A stretch of DNA of 64,000 nucleotides from an uncultured archaeon. Lineage in GTDB: Archaea > Thermoproteota > Nitrososphaeria > Nitrososphaerales > Gagatemarchaeaceae. Under the pieces are notes generated by a model. That model was not told where the DNA came from and made no database searches. It saw only the letters and a program-made list of their open reading frames with translations. The position numbers were made by a program, and so were the translations under genes. Every line of letters starts with the position of its first letter. The first letter of the stretch is position 1. The DNA lies in NCBI GenBank assembly GCA_963799775.1, contig CAWCYD010000003.1:1088001-1152000 (forward strand). The letters run 5' to 3'. Shown here piece after piece: positions 1-10,057 of the stretch.

Positions 1-706
1 GACCCAGTTCTTGAACGGGCTCTCAGAGTATCTCTGCGGCAGCGGAGGCCCTGTCAGCTGCCACTGGGGGAAGGTGGTCGCCCCGAGCGAGAATTGCGTG
101 GTGAAGCTCTGGTAGTACGAGTTCTCCTGAGATATCAGCCACTGCCCTCCTTGATTGACGTAGTCGAAAGTAGAGTCGATCACGCCGTTGAAGTTGCCCA
201 GGATGTGGCTGTTACCCGTGAAGTTCAAGACAGCGGTGGCCTCGGCTATATTCGGGTTGCTCGGGTTGCCCTTGGCCGTGAAGTTGCTGATGGTGTAGGA
301 CAGCGCCGTCGCACCACCGATGGCCGTTGAGAGAGTGAACTTGATGTTGCTCTGACCGCTATAGGTTCCACCCAGCCCTTGGGTGTTCCCTGACCAGATC
401 ATCACGCCGTTGGAGGTAAAGTCACCCGCGGAAGCCGTCGGGTCGCGCGCGTTGATGTGCGCAATGTGAGTCTGGAGCACCGACAGACCAAAGCCGGCCG
501 GCGCATGGACCTGTGCAGCCTTGGCAGCCCGTCGCTGCGGAGGTGGTCACGCCCGTGCTCGAAGACCCCGTTATCGAACTCGAAATCGAAGAACCGATGC
601 CGCTCAAAGCCGAATTTCCTGCCACGAAAATTGCCGCCATCCCAGCGATTGCGATGACGACGATTACCACTCCCAGTGCAAATGACCTAGCTATGCCCTT
701 CTGCAA
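1..706 (-). CDS. Membrane-anchored NTF2/SnoaL-like domain protein (3' end outside window; one frameshift near 530)
   Basis: N-terminal hydrophobic anchor MQKGIARSFALGVVIV. After removing one G at ~530 the frame reads ...HIAHINARDPTASAGDFTSNGVMIWSGNTQGLGGTYSG...GQWLISQE...TTFPQWQLTGPPLPQRYSESPFKNWV, a clear paralogue of 26831..27613. Confidence 0.7.
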
Positions 707-884
707 GTTGCATGAGGATGTCGCAATATGAGTTTAAAAGATTTCTCTTTCCCCACTTCGAATTCTCTGTTCTTTCAAGACTTGCTTCGCCACACCAAAG
801 TGATGTTTGCACGTGACTGAAACCGGGTGCGGAAAACAACCTCGGTCTAGTGAAAACAGAAGGAAATCTTCAGCTGGCCTGGGA

Positions 885-1406
885 CTACGGTCCTTGAGTC
901 GCCGCGCCAGGACTCTGCGGGGGCGTCGTCGTCGGATTAGCCTCTGCTGGGTTCACGTTCGTGTACGGGATTGTGAGCTCACAGATGCCACCAAGACCCG
1001 AGGCTCTCCCTGTGTACGGGTCGCAAGACAATCCCTGTGGCGTCCCGCAGTCTATCGGGCATGTGCTGCACGACTCGTTGGGGTCGCAGACGCCGTTACC
1101 GCAAGACGCCTTGAACTGGGTGCATTGCGTCGAGTTGAAGTTGGACGGGCACGGGTAGGTGGCTGCGTTCGGCAGAAGAGGCGCTACCACGTATCCAGCC
1201 GGGATGTATCCGAGGTACTTTTGGCCCGGATCGACTTGGTTGTTCTGCGTGATTTGCGCCGAGGTGAGCGAACCGTTGTTTGCCGAGCTGGATGAAGAAC
1301 CAGCTCCGCTCGAGGAATAAGTGTAAAGCCCTCCTGCGCCCAGTCCAACCAATCCGATTAGGAGCACTACTATGGAGACTTGAACCATCGCTCCAGAGCG
1401 TTCCAT
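885..1406 (-). CDS. Membrane-anchored cysteine-rich surface protein
   Basis: N-terminal TM segment, Ser-rich linker, then 9 Cys including the motif CGNGVCDPNESCSTCPIDC. Confidence 0.7.
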   Translation of the reverse strand: MERSGAMVQVSIVVLLIGLVGLGAGGLYTYSSSGAGSSSSSANNGSLTSAQITQNNQVDPGQKYLGYIPAGYVVAPLLPNAATYPCPSNFNSTQCTQFKASCGNGVCDPNESCSTCPIDCGTPQGLSCDPYTGRASGLGGICELTIPYTNVNPAEANPTTTPPQSPGAATQGP

Positions 1407-1581
1407 ATTACCAAAACACCGACAAATAACGAAGGCCCCGGGATAATTAAAGCTTTTTCCAGTTCATTCGAGCTCATAATTGTCTCCATTAGCATAGCGG
1501 GGTTCTTACTAAGACAAGCCGGATGATTTAGTGTGCTAGGCCGCTTTTTCGGGTTTCAAGTTAATAGCATGATGTCCGCCG

Positions 1582-2715
1582 TCAGGCCTTGACCAGAGCG
1601 GTCATCGAGACTATCGAAGGGGAAGAGCAGACCGGAGGCGCCGTCGTGGAGGAGGCCGAGCCCGCACCGAGGCTGGCGCAGATCAGTGCGACGTAGTAAT
1701 CTGCCGCAGCGTACTCGGTCCAGGCGAACTGATTAGACGGATGGGCGAAGCTTTCTAGAATCTGGTCGTGGGTCATCGATGAGATGGGCAGGGCGGTCGT
1801 CGAGGTTGCCGTCGTCGAGTTCGATGTCATCCCTGATGAGGTGGTGGTCGTTGCTTGACCAAAGTCTTGGGCGTCCGCCCCCAAGACGGCGTAGTTACCC
1901 CAGATCGTGTAGGGTGTTCCCACGTAGTTGTTCTCGCTGACTATGAGGTTGGAGGCCGCCTCGTAGACTGAGTTGTTCAGCTCCTTGGCCTGCTGCTGGA
2001 AGTATGTCAGGGACGCCATGTTGAATCCCTGTGTTATCGGGGAGGCGTAATCGATTGACACGAAATTCACATACGTGCCATTGAAGGAGTTCCCCCAGTC
2101 CACGGCCGACGTGGAGTTGTAATGGGCGGGCGCCCAATAGAGGGTAGGGACGTCGCCATCTCCCAGCGAGCTATAACCGATGAAGAGGTTCTCGAACGAG
2201 CCGAACCTGCTCAATGCCAGGGCCATGGCCCATCGGTTCTCTCCGCAATAGACGCAGGATATCGCACCCAGGTATGTCACGGTGGGTTTGCCATTGACCA
2301 GGAAGGTCGGGGCGGGGGCTATCTCCTGTCCAACGGCGTTTGTAAGGCTCCCATTGAGATACATCCTGGCGGCCGTCTCGAAGTAGGAGGTGGGTTCGTC
2401 GTTAATCATCGCGAGCTGCGACGAGTTCAAGGGAAGATTGATGTCGGTTAGCCTCTGACCGAAAGGCTGCTGGACGAGTATTGGGAGCGCGTCGGGAAGA
2501 GAGAGAGGGGGGGTTATCAGAGAGCCGGTCACAGAGATGGGCGCGAGGCTAGTCGTCCTGGTCGACGTGCCAGCCTGTAGCCGTTCCACCTGCAAGTAAA
2601 GGGAAGCGACCAGGGCCAGAGCGATGAGGCTGACAGCCAGCGCTGCATAGGAGACCAGCTTCACTCGCCCGTAGCTGCTCTTCGGCTTGGCCGGTGGTGC
2701 CTGCATTGATCTCAA
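1582..2715 (-). CDS. DUF929-family thioredoxin-like membrane-anchored protein
   Basis: GKPTVTYLGAISCVYCGENRWAMALALSRFGSF matches the DUF929 signature (CxxC followed by RW..ALSRFG.F); N-terminal TM. Confidence 0.8.
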   Translation of the reverse strand: MRSMQAPPAKPKSSYGRVKLVSYAALAVSLIALALVASLYLQVERLQAGTSTRTTSLAPISVTGSLITPPLSLPDALPILVQQPFGQRLTDINLPLNSSQLAMINDEPTSYFETAARMYLNGSLTNAVGQEIAPAPTFLVNGKPTVTYLGAISCVYCGENRWAMALALSRFGSFENLFIGYSSLGDGDVPTLYWAPAHYNSTSAVDWGNSFNGTYVNFVSIDYASPITQGFNMASLTYFQQQAKELNNSVYEAASNLIVSENNYVGTPYTIWGNYAVLGADAQDFGQATTTTSSGMTSNSTTATSTTALPISSMTHDQILESFAHPSNQFAWTEYAAADYYVALICASLGAGSASSTTAPPVCSSPSIVSMTALVKA

Positions 2716-3026
2716 CGGTCGGAAGGCTCTAGATAAGACTTGGCTAGGGTCAATCGAGCCATTACAACCCGGTTCGGCAAGAACGAATCATTCCTCCGAC
2801 TTTTCATTTCATCTCAGTCGTGTTACATAGAATCCGCGAAGTGCTTATGGTCCAAGTAGGCTCCGTAACGATTCGTTTTCACATCGCGCAATTGGCTTCG
2901 ACCGAGGTTTTCAACAAGGGGCAGAGCGTGAAAGACGGGCAGAATTGAATCTGTTTGAGCCAAGAAGCTGACATTGGGGTCGTCATCGAGCAAAAATTAT
3001 ATAGTCTGAGTGCAAACCGACGCAAG

Positions 3027-3586
3027 ATGCGAACTGAGGACTTAGCAAATGAGTTCCTGAAGCTTTCCGTCGTGAACGGTTTCTTGGCGCTGGTTTTCAC
3101 CGTCCCCATTCTTGACCCGTCCCTATGCATCGCAACCCCTCCGGGTCTCTTCGGGTGCCTGTCCACGATGGACATCCAATGGCCAGGGACCTGGCTCTTA
3201 TCGCGTGGATAGTCTGGATCATCGTGGCCGTCGGAGGGAGCATGTTCTTCGGCGTGTCCTACTACTTCATGGCCAAGTTCTGGAACAGAGTCAAGGCCAA
3301 CAACCTCCTGAGCACTCTCCACCTGGTCCTCTTCGAGGTGGGCACCTTCGGTGCGTGCGGATTGATGGCGGCGATTGGGTACGTGGGAGGAAGCTACCTA
3401 GCGCACGGCGGAAACGCCATAGTCTCGTCAGCTATAATCCAGCAGAACATCATTCCACCCTTGTCCAGCGACCCATCTAGCGTGTTCTACGACATGCCCC
3501 CTGTGGTCGAGGCGGCCTTCATAGGCCTCGCCCTCCTAGGCGTCCTTGTAGGCCTAGTCAACTGGTACATGCTAAAGTCCGAGTAG
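3027..3586 (+). CDS. Multi-pass membrane protein (frameshift near 3197)
   Basis: MRTEDLANEFLKLSVVNG...WPGTWLL joins IAWIVWIIVAVGG...LHLVLFEVGT...; about 4 TM helices. Confidence 0.6.
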
Positions 3587-3776
3587 GACGCGCCTCGACC
3601 CTCTCAAAACAGCAACGGGCTAGCTGTAGCTGGTCCTCTCGCGGTCAATCTTCACGGACTCAGTCCGTTGTCCAAGGATATTCCCCGTCGCGCCGCGTTT
3701 CAAGGCCACCAGGTAGTCGAGAGACATAGCCTTCGCTAGCAGTATGCTTGACTGTCTAGTGAGGTCTACTCGTGAC

Positions 3777-4136
3777 TTAGACGCCGTCGCCGTCAGAGTC
3801 TTGGACGCCGCTGAACTCTGTCGTAGTCCCGTAGATGGTGGTAGTCACTGTGCCGAGAGACGTGGTCGTCGAAGTGGTGGTGGATGTGCTCGTCGTGCCT
3901 GCTGCTCCGCCGACCGTTGTCACCACCGTCGTAGTGGAAGTGCTGGTGCCTCCCGCCGTTCCCGTAATGGTGGTCATGGCCGTTGACGTGCTCGTGGTGG
4001 TTGTCTTGGTGCCCGAGCCGGTCCCAGCATAGTAGCCTATTACGCCCACGACGATGGCTACGACGATTATGGCGCCTACTGCCGCGCCTGAGGCCAGAGC
4101 GCGCCGTCTGCTACCCGAGGATGAGAATTTAGTCAA
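3777..4136 (-). CDS. Pilin-like (class III signal) Thr-rich small surface protein ending DSDGDGV
   Basis: Probable TTG start at 4136 after a GGAGTG SD-like site; RRRA|LASGAAVGAIIVVAIVVGVIGYY, Thr-rich stalk, C-terminal DSDGDGV-stop. Confidence 0.75.
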   Translation of the reverse strand: MTKFSSSGSRRRALASGAAVGAIIVVAIVVGVIGYYAGTGSGTKTTTTSTSTAMTTITGTAGGTSTSTTTVVTTVGGAAGTTSTSTTTSTTTSLGTVTTTIYGTTTEFSGVQDSDGDGV

Positions 4137-4140
4137 TTTC

Positions 4141-4488
4141 TTACACTCCATCTCCGTCCGCATCATTCACACACCCTGGACAAAGGGAGTAGACCGTTTG
4201 CACGGAGCTCTTCGTTATCGTTGTGTTGCTGCCGACCGTCGAGAGGATGGTGGTCGTAGTAACGATCGGTGCGCCTGGGGCTCTAGTCGCGGTGGAAGTC
4301 GCCGTGACAAGGACGACCGATCCGCTCCCTCCGACGCTGGCGGTGCTGGTGGTCACCATGACCGTCGTCGAGGTCGAAGAGGACCCGCTCTGCCCGACGA
4401 AATATCCTATCACGCCTACTACGATTGCTACAACTATGACTGCCCCTGCGAGGGCCGCTGTCCCGACACCCTTCCGTTGGAACTTCAC
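4141..4488 (-). CDS. Pilin-like (class III signal) Thr/Ser-rich small surface protein ending DADGDGV
   Basis: RKG|VGTAALAGAVIVVAIVVGVIGYF, Thr/Ser stalk, CPGC, C-terminal DADGDGV-stop; tandem paralogue of 3777..4136. Confidence 0.75.
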   Translation of the reverse strand: MKFQRKGVGTAALAGAVIVVAIVVGVIGYFVGQSGSSSTSTTVMVTTSTASVGGSGSVVLVTATSTATRAPGAPIVTTTTILSTVGSNTTITKSSVQTVYSLCPGCVNDADGDGV

Positions 4489-4597
4489 GAGCGAACCGCC
4501 CCCGGAAGGAGATATTTAGGAATTTCCCAGCATGCTCGCTCGAGGGACGGGCTCACCCTGTTTGCGGACCCTTGCAGTGCACCTAGAGCCGGTTGGG

Positions 4598-6346
4598 CTA
4601 AAGATAGCCCCAACGCCGCCGCCTCCTCGTTGCGATGTACCCAACGGCGACGAGACCCAGGCATATCACGAAGGCAATAGCAGCGATTTGGACGGTTCCA
4701 AGAGACTGTGGCTTCGCTCCGCTGCCACCCACGGCGATCAAGAGCACGCTGTTGAGCAATGAGGTGGGAATGTTGAGACACGCCACTCCGGCGGTCCCAT
4801 TGAGTTGCGCAGCCACGACCCAAGATGGCGCTTCGTAGAGGCTCGCTTGCGACGAGCCTGGGAGGTTCGGGCTGCGAATGCAGATGTTTGTCGTCCCTCC
4901 CGAGATGCCCGATACTTTGGCCTCGAAGAGAACGGGGTTCGAGAGCCCTGCGTTCCCAGTCCCGGGGGGCTGGGATGAGAGGTCAGCGGAGAAGAAGTTG
5001 ACCAGCGACCCCGAGGTGACACCAGAAGACTCGAGCCTGAACCCAGTCTTCGACGTCTCATCAACGCCAGCCACGCCGCCAGAGACGATGGCGTCAGCTC
5101 CAGCGGTGACGGAAGCGGGCCCCGCAAACTCAAGGACTCTATCATTCGCTTGGTCAGCCACCCAAAGGTTTCCCAGATGGTCGAAAGAGACGCCGAGTGG
5201 ATTTTGGACGCTATCCTGCGAGAGCGAGAAGACGTTGGTGGTAAACTGCGACGGCCCTTCGGGTTGGCCTATCTCGAAAGATGCGCTCATGCCGTCAGAG
5301 AATGGCGGCTTGAATCCCAGGATCCTGTTGTTTGCCCGGTCTGAGACGAGGAGATCACCGGAGGAGTCGAAGGCCAGCCCCACTGGCGCATTGAACCCGG
5401 ATGCGGTCAGAGCCGAGGAGTTGGCAAGGAACTGGCCGGGACCAGCCGGCTGGCCTATCTCCACCTCTGCGTTGGGCCCGTTCGATTTCAGAGACGCAAC
5501 ACCGAATTCAAGGACACGGTTGTTGTTCTCGTCGGTCACCCAAAGGTTCCCCGCAGAATCGAAGGCGATGGCCTCTGGTCCGTTCAGGCCGCTCTGCGTA
5601 GTAGACGCAACGCTTGTGTTGAGAAACCTCTGGCCGATGACGACGGAGGGGGAGGCTCCGTCGATGAAAGGAGGGACGTACTCGACGATTCTGCTGTCGA
5701 CCCTGTCTGTCACCCAGAGATCTCCCGCGGAGTCGAATTTCAAGTCTAGAGGAGCCGCGAGCCCGTTGCTTGGCGGCCGTTGGCCGTGAGATATGAATTG
5801 CAAGTCGCCGGCGGGCTGACCTAGCTCCAGGGACGCGTTCATCCCATCCGAGAAAGGCGGGACATACTCCGTGATGCGACTGTCCACGAAGTCGCTCACC
5901 CAGAGGTCGCCGTTCTTGTCGAATGCAAGACCCACAGGTCCAAACAAACTGCTCTGGCTGGCGGTGGTTTGGTTGGTGGCGAAGTCGGGCTGGCCAATCT
6001 CGAGAGTGGCCGCCTCTCCGTCGGTGAAAGGCGGCTTGAATTCCACGACCCGGTGGTTGTTTTCGTCAGCCACCCAGAGATTGCCCGATGCATCGAAGGC
6101 GGTCTTGAACGGCTTGTTGAGGCTGTCCGGCGCCAGGCTTGGAGCCACTGATGAGAAATTCGCCTGGCCGATCACTGTGGACGCGAATTGACCCCCCGCC
6201 TGGAACGCGTCCGCCCTATGGAGAGAGACAGAGAGGACGCTGACGCATGTGGATGCCAAGAGCAGAAAGAGGACACCGCCTGCCGTAAGATCGGTGCGGC
6301 GTACAATCAAGCCGCTTCGGTCGGCTCTCGTTCCCCGGTGTCTCAT
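4598..6346 (-). CDS. NHL-repeat beta-propeller surface protein 1
   Basis: Six P.g.aFD.sG.LWV.D..N.RV.EF repeats with GQ.dF inserts; signal peptide; C-terminal TM followed by RRRRR. Confidence 0.9.
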   Translation of the reverse strand: MRHRGTRADRSGLIVRRTDLTAGGVLFLLLASTCVSVLSVSLHRADAFQAGGQFASTVIGQANFSSVAPSLAPDSLNKPFKTAFDASGNLWVADENNHRVVEFKPPFTDGEAATLEIGQPDFATNQTTASQSSLFGPVGLAFDKNGDLWVSDFVDSRITEYVPPFSDGMNASLELGQPAGDLQFISHGQRPPSNGLAAPLDLKFDSAGDLWVTDRVDSRIVEYVPPFIDGASPSVVIGQRFLNTSVASTTQSGLNGPEAIAFDSAGNLWVTDENNNRVLEFGVASLKSNGPNAEVEIGQPAGPGQFLANSSALTASGFNAPVGLAFDSSGDLLVSDRANNRILGFKPPFSDGMSASFEIGQPEGPSQFTTNVFSLSQDSVQNPLGVSFDHLGNLWVADQANDRVLEFAGPASVTAGADAIVSGGVAGVDETSKTGFRLESSGVTSGSLVNFFSADLSSQPPGTGNAGLSNPVLFEAKVSGISGGTTNICIRSPNLPGSSQASLYEAPSWVVAAQLNGTAGVACLNIPTSLLNSVLLIAVGGSGAKPQSLGTVQIAAIAFVICLGLVAVGYIATRRRRRWGYL

Positions 6347-6427
6347 GGACGGTTCACCAGGATCGCCTCAGAAAGGCTCGTTCTCCGATCGTCGATCGAC
6401 CGCTGACCTACCTCCAGTCGCGGACGG

Positions 6428-7279
6428 CTAGGCAAGGTCCGTGGACCTGAAGAAGAAGACCATGAGTCCAAACGCCAAGACAACCCAGACCAACAAAGAG
6501 CATCCCATGAGCGTCACGGCCAAGCGGACACCTGTCGACGGGCCTCCGAGATAGTTCTTGAGGATCTCGGCTGTCGGACCCAGCTGAGGTCCGTACGCGT
6601 TGAGCGACATCTCCGAGATGAGGGCCGCGCTCTCGACGGGGTTTACCAGGGCGGCTCGGACATCCGCGTAGATCCCGTTGGGGAGGGTCACTATGAGGCC
6701 GAAAGAGATGCCAAAGTCAGACAGGAGCACAAGAAGGAACCAGACGAAGATTGCGATGCTGAGAGCCGTCACCTTCCTCTTGCTTACGGTGGATATCACC
6801 ATCGCCAGGCTGAGCACTATCAGGTTGAGCAGGAGCGAGAGGCCTGCTTCGAATCCCAAGCCAGAGAACACCGACGTGTCCACGCTCAGCACCGCCAGCC
6901 CCACGAGAAGGTAGCCGCCCGAGATCACGAGCGACGTCGCGGCGAGCAACCCGAGGAAGCGACCGAGGAGGAACTGCGTCCGCGTGATGCGCGTGCAGAG
7001 CATGTAATGGAGGCTCCCCGACTCCTTCTCCTCGACTATGCTCAGGGCACCTAGCGGGAGGGAGAGCAGGGGCAGGAATGGGAAGGAGACGCTGCCAAGG
7101 TAGACGATGTAGCCGTTAAGCGTGGCGGCGGGCAGTGAGCCGTCGGCGATCAGTATTAGGAAAGGGACGTTGACGAGCACGAGGAAGTAGATTACGGTGA
7201 AGAAGATGAGCCACTTGGCCCTGATCGCCTCCCTGAACGACAGGGCTGAGAGCGCGAATACGGTCCTACTTCCCGTCAA
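6428..7279 (-). CDS. ABC-2 type permease, NosY-like
   Basis: Six TMs; GALSIVEEKESGSLHYML..ITRTQFLLGRFLG and LVNPVE motifs typical of NosY/ABC2_membrane_2. Confidence 0.8.
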   Translation of the reverse strand: MTGSRTVFALSALSFREAIRAKWLIFFTVIYFLVLVNVPFLILIADGSLPAATLNGYIVYLGSVSFPFLPLLSLPLGALSIVEEKESGSLHYMLCTRITRTQFLLGRFLGLLAATSLVISGGYLLVGLAVLSVDTSVFSGLGFEAGLSLLLNLIVLSLAMVISTVSKRKVTALSIAIFVWFLLVLLSDFGISFGLIVTLPNGIYADVRAALVNPVESAALISEMSLNAYGPQLGPTAEILKNYLGGPSTGVRLAVTLMGCSLLVWVVLAFGLMVFFFRSTDLA

Positions 7280-8227
7280 TGCTCGCCACGGTCGTTTGCA
7301 GCAGCCTGCTGTAAGATGACTCGATCTTGGCCGGCTCCATCGAGACGTCGTCGAGCAGGTCTTCGTCCGCGAGCAGGGACTTCAAGAGCGCCACCTTGGA
7401 GCTCGTGGGGACGGTGACAACCACGGGGACCGTCGTTGGGTCGACCACCTCTGCCGTGTCCGGCTTCGACGAGCTCGACGACCGACTTCTGCATCCCTGC
7501 CTTCGGTTTGAGATAGAGAGTCTCGTCAGCGTTTATCCTCGCCAGGAGGTCAGCGGGAGCCCCCCGGGCGACCAACCTGCCTCGGTGCAACACCACGACG
7601 TCGTCGGCGAAGTCACCCAGCCCGGTGAGATGGGTGGCGATGAGAAACGTGGTGCCCGTTGACGAGAGCTTCCGGACGAGCTCCAGAAAGCTCAGCTGTC
7701 CCCTGAGGTCGATGCTGGCAAGAGGCTCGTCGAAGACGAGGAGCGGTGGGTCGGTAAGCAAGGCCATCGCCAGGGCCAGCCTCTGTCGCATCCCTCCTGA
7801 GAGCGAACGAATCGGCTTCCTTCTCACCTTCCCAAGCCCCACGGCCTCGAGCTTCTCGATGGCCGCCTCCTTCCCGGTTCCTTTGACGGTTGCCATGAGT
7901 CTCGATTCTTGCTCCACGGTGAGGTTCTCGTAAAACGCCGCATATTGCGGGACGTAGCCGATCCTCTCCCTGGCCTTCGAACCCTCCTTCACGACGTCGA
8001 ACCCGTCCACCGTTATCGTCCCCGTGAACTTGTAGACTCCCATGATCGTCTTCACCAAGGTGCTCTTCCCGGCGCCGTTCAGGACCCAGTAGGAGGGTCT
8101 TCCCCCCCTTCCGCACCCTGAATGAGACGCCCTTGAGCATATGATACGCACCGAAGGACTTGGAGACGTCGGAGACCTCGAGCATCTCCCCTGTGCCGCC
8201 TCTCGCCGTGTCCTCGCCCTGGCTCAT
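7266..8227 (-). CDS. ABC transporter ATP-binding protein, NosF/CcmA-like (frameshifts near 8085 and 7450)
   Basis: Walker A G.NGAGKST, signature LSGGMRQR, Walker B LLVFDEP, H-loop IATH; ATG overlaps the upstream stop (TGATG). Confidence 0.85.
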
Positions 8228-10057
8228 CAGGACTCGTCCTCGTCCATCTCTTCCCAGGTCTCGACGCTGCGGCCCCTCCGCCACACCATGACCGCAAATC
8301 CGCATACGATGATCGCCCCAAAGAACAGGATCAGATAGACTCCCGAGCTGGAGCCGGGCAAGGTCACGGAGCCATTCGAGCTCCCGACGGCGATCAGAGC
8401 TGGTCGAGAGGCGACGACCGAGAGAGGGATGGTGCCGCAGATCGACTTGCCCACGCTCCGCGAGGTGCTGGTAGGGGAACCCCAAGAGCGGCCCGAGAAG
8501 TAGGCCATCTGAGTGGAGGGCTGGACATTGGGCTGGTCTATGCAGACCGTCGCCGTGCCGTTGCCTATCCCCCAGACGGCGATCTCATAGAACGCGATGG
8601 GTGATGAGACCAGACCCTGGGCCGCCTCTGCGTAGACAGGCTCCTTCGACCCCAGGTCTGCGGTGTAGACGTTCGCGGTGGAAGCAGAAGCGACCCCTAT
8701 CATGTCGGCTTCCACCCCAGTGGTAGAAGTCTGATTGACTGCGACGTGACAGATTGTTTGTTCAGCCATCTGATAGCATGTGTTCCCATTCGACGCCACG
8801 CCAACATTCTTCACGGCGGACGTTGTGGGGACATCGACATTGATGCCGGCGGTCGTCAAGGCAGCACCGCTGAACTCCAGCACCCTGTTGTTCAATTGAT
8901 CCGAGACCCAGAGGTCCCCCGCGGTATCGAAGGAGATCCCCAGCGGGTTATTCAACGAACTCTGGGTCAATCCGGTTGAGTTCGCCGTGAAAGCGCCGGA
9001 GCCGGCCGGCTGGCCGATCTCGTTCGATGCGTTCATCCCGTCGGTGAATGGAGGGACGAACTCCAAGACGCGGTTGTCTATACGGTCCGATACCCAGAGG
9101 TCGCCCGAGGGGTCGAAGGCGGGGCTCAGGGGTGCGTAGAGACCACTCCTGTTGTCGGCCGAGACCTCAGAGGAGAACTGGGAAGCGCCAGGGCGCTGCC
9201 CCAGCTCCAGGACGGCCGGAGGATCGTTGCCCCCCAGTGACGCCGCGGCGAACTCCAATACCCTGTTGAAGTTCTCGTCAGCGACCCAGAGGTTTCCCGA
9301 GGAGTCGAACGCTATTCCGTTGGGGCCGAAGAGACTGCTCTCTGAAGGAGAGATGTAGGGCGCGACCGTGCTCAGGTCGACCTGCCCTACGACAGATGAA
9401 GCGTTCATGCCGTCGGTGAAGGGCGGCTTGAACTCCATGACCCGGTTGTTGCCACGGTCAGATATCCAGAGGTCGCCAGAAGGGTCGAACTTCATGTCGA
9501 CTGGGGAGTTGAGGCCGTTGGGCCCCACTGAAGGCGTGCTGGTCATGAACTGCAGGCCCCCGGCCGCATGCCCCAGTTCTAGAGAGGCGTTCATGCCGTC
9601 GGTGAAGGGCGGCTTGAACTCCATGACCCGGTTGTTCAGGACGTCCGCGACCCAGATCTGCCCCCTGGTGGTCGAAGGTGACGCCCGCCGGTATCCAGAG
9701 TCCGTCCTGGCTTGTGCCTGGGGCATCCGAAGTAAAGCTCGGCTGACCGATCTCCAGAGAGGCGAGCTCGCCATCGGAGAGGGGGTACTTGAACTCCAGG
9801 ACGCGGTTGTTGTCCTCGTCCGCGACCCAGAGGTTACCCGAAGAGTCGAAGGTGATGCGAAAGGGATGATACAGGTGGTTCTGCACCGCGCGTGTCGAAG
9901 AAACGAAGTTCGACTGACCGATCACGGTGGAGGCGAGCTGCCCGCCGCCGCTCTGGAAGCCGAACGCGGAGGAAGCAACGGAGGCCACCGTCATGAGGAA
10001 AGCGAGCGCCATCAGCACGGAGAATAGCTTGCTACTGAACGGAGGAGTGGCTTTCAG
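8227..10057 (-). CDS. NHL-repeat beta-propeller surface protein 2 (frameshift near 9660)
   Basis: ORFs 9458..10018 and 8227..9774 join into a six-repeat NHL protein with signal peptide and C-terminal TM; probable CTG start overlapping the upstream TGA. Confidence 0.85.
8531..8697. repeat. Near-identical segment shared with 10409..10576 (C-terminal domains of NHL proteins 2 and 3)
   Basis: Long identical runs, e.g. gtgccgttgcctatcccccagacggcgat and gcggtgtagacgttcgcggtggaagcagaagcgacccc. Confidence 0.9.

Noticed and set aside
500-535. GCQGCTGPC cysteine motif in ORF 422..706
   Set aside because: It lies just after the frameshift; the true frame reads AAKAAQVHAPAG and continues into the NTF2-like domain.
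3620-3728. 35-codon minus-strand ORF MSLDYLVALKRG...
   Set aside because: Short, with no convincing motif or ribosome-binding site.
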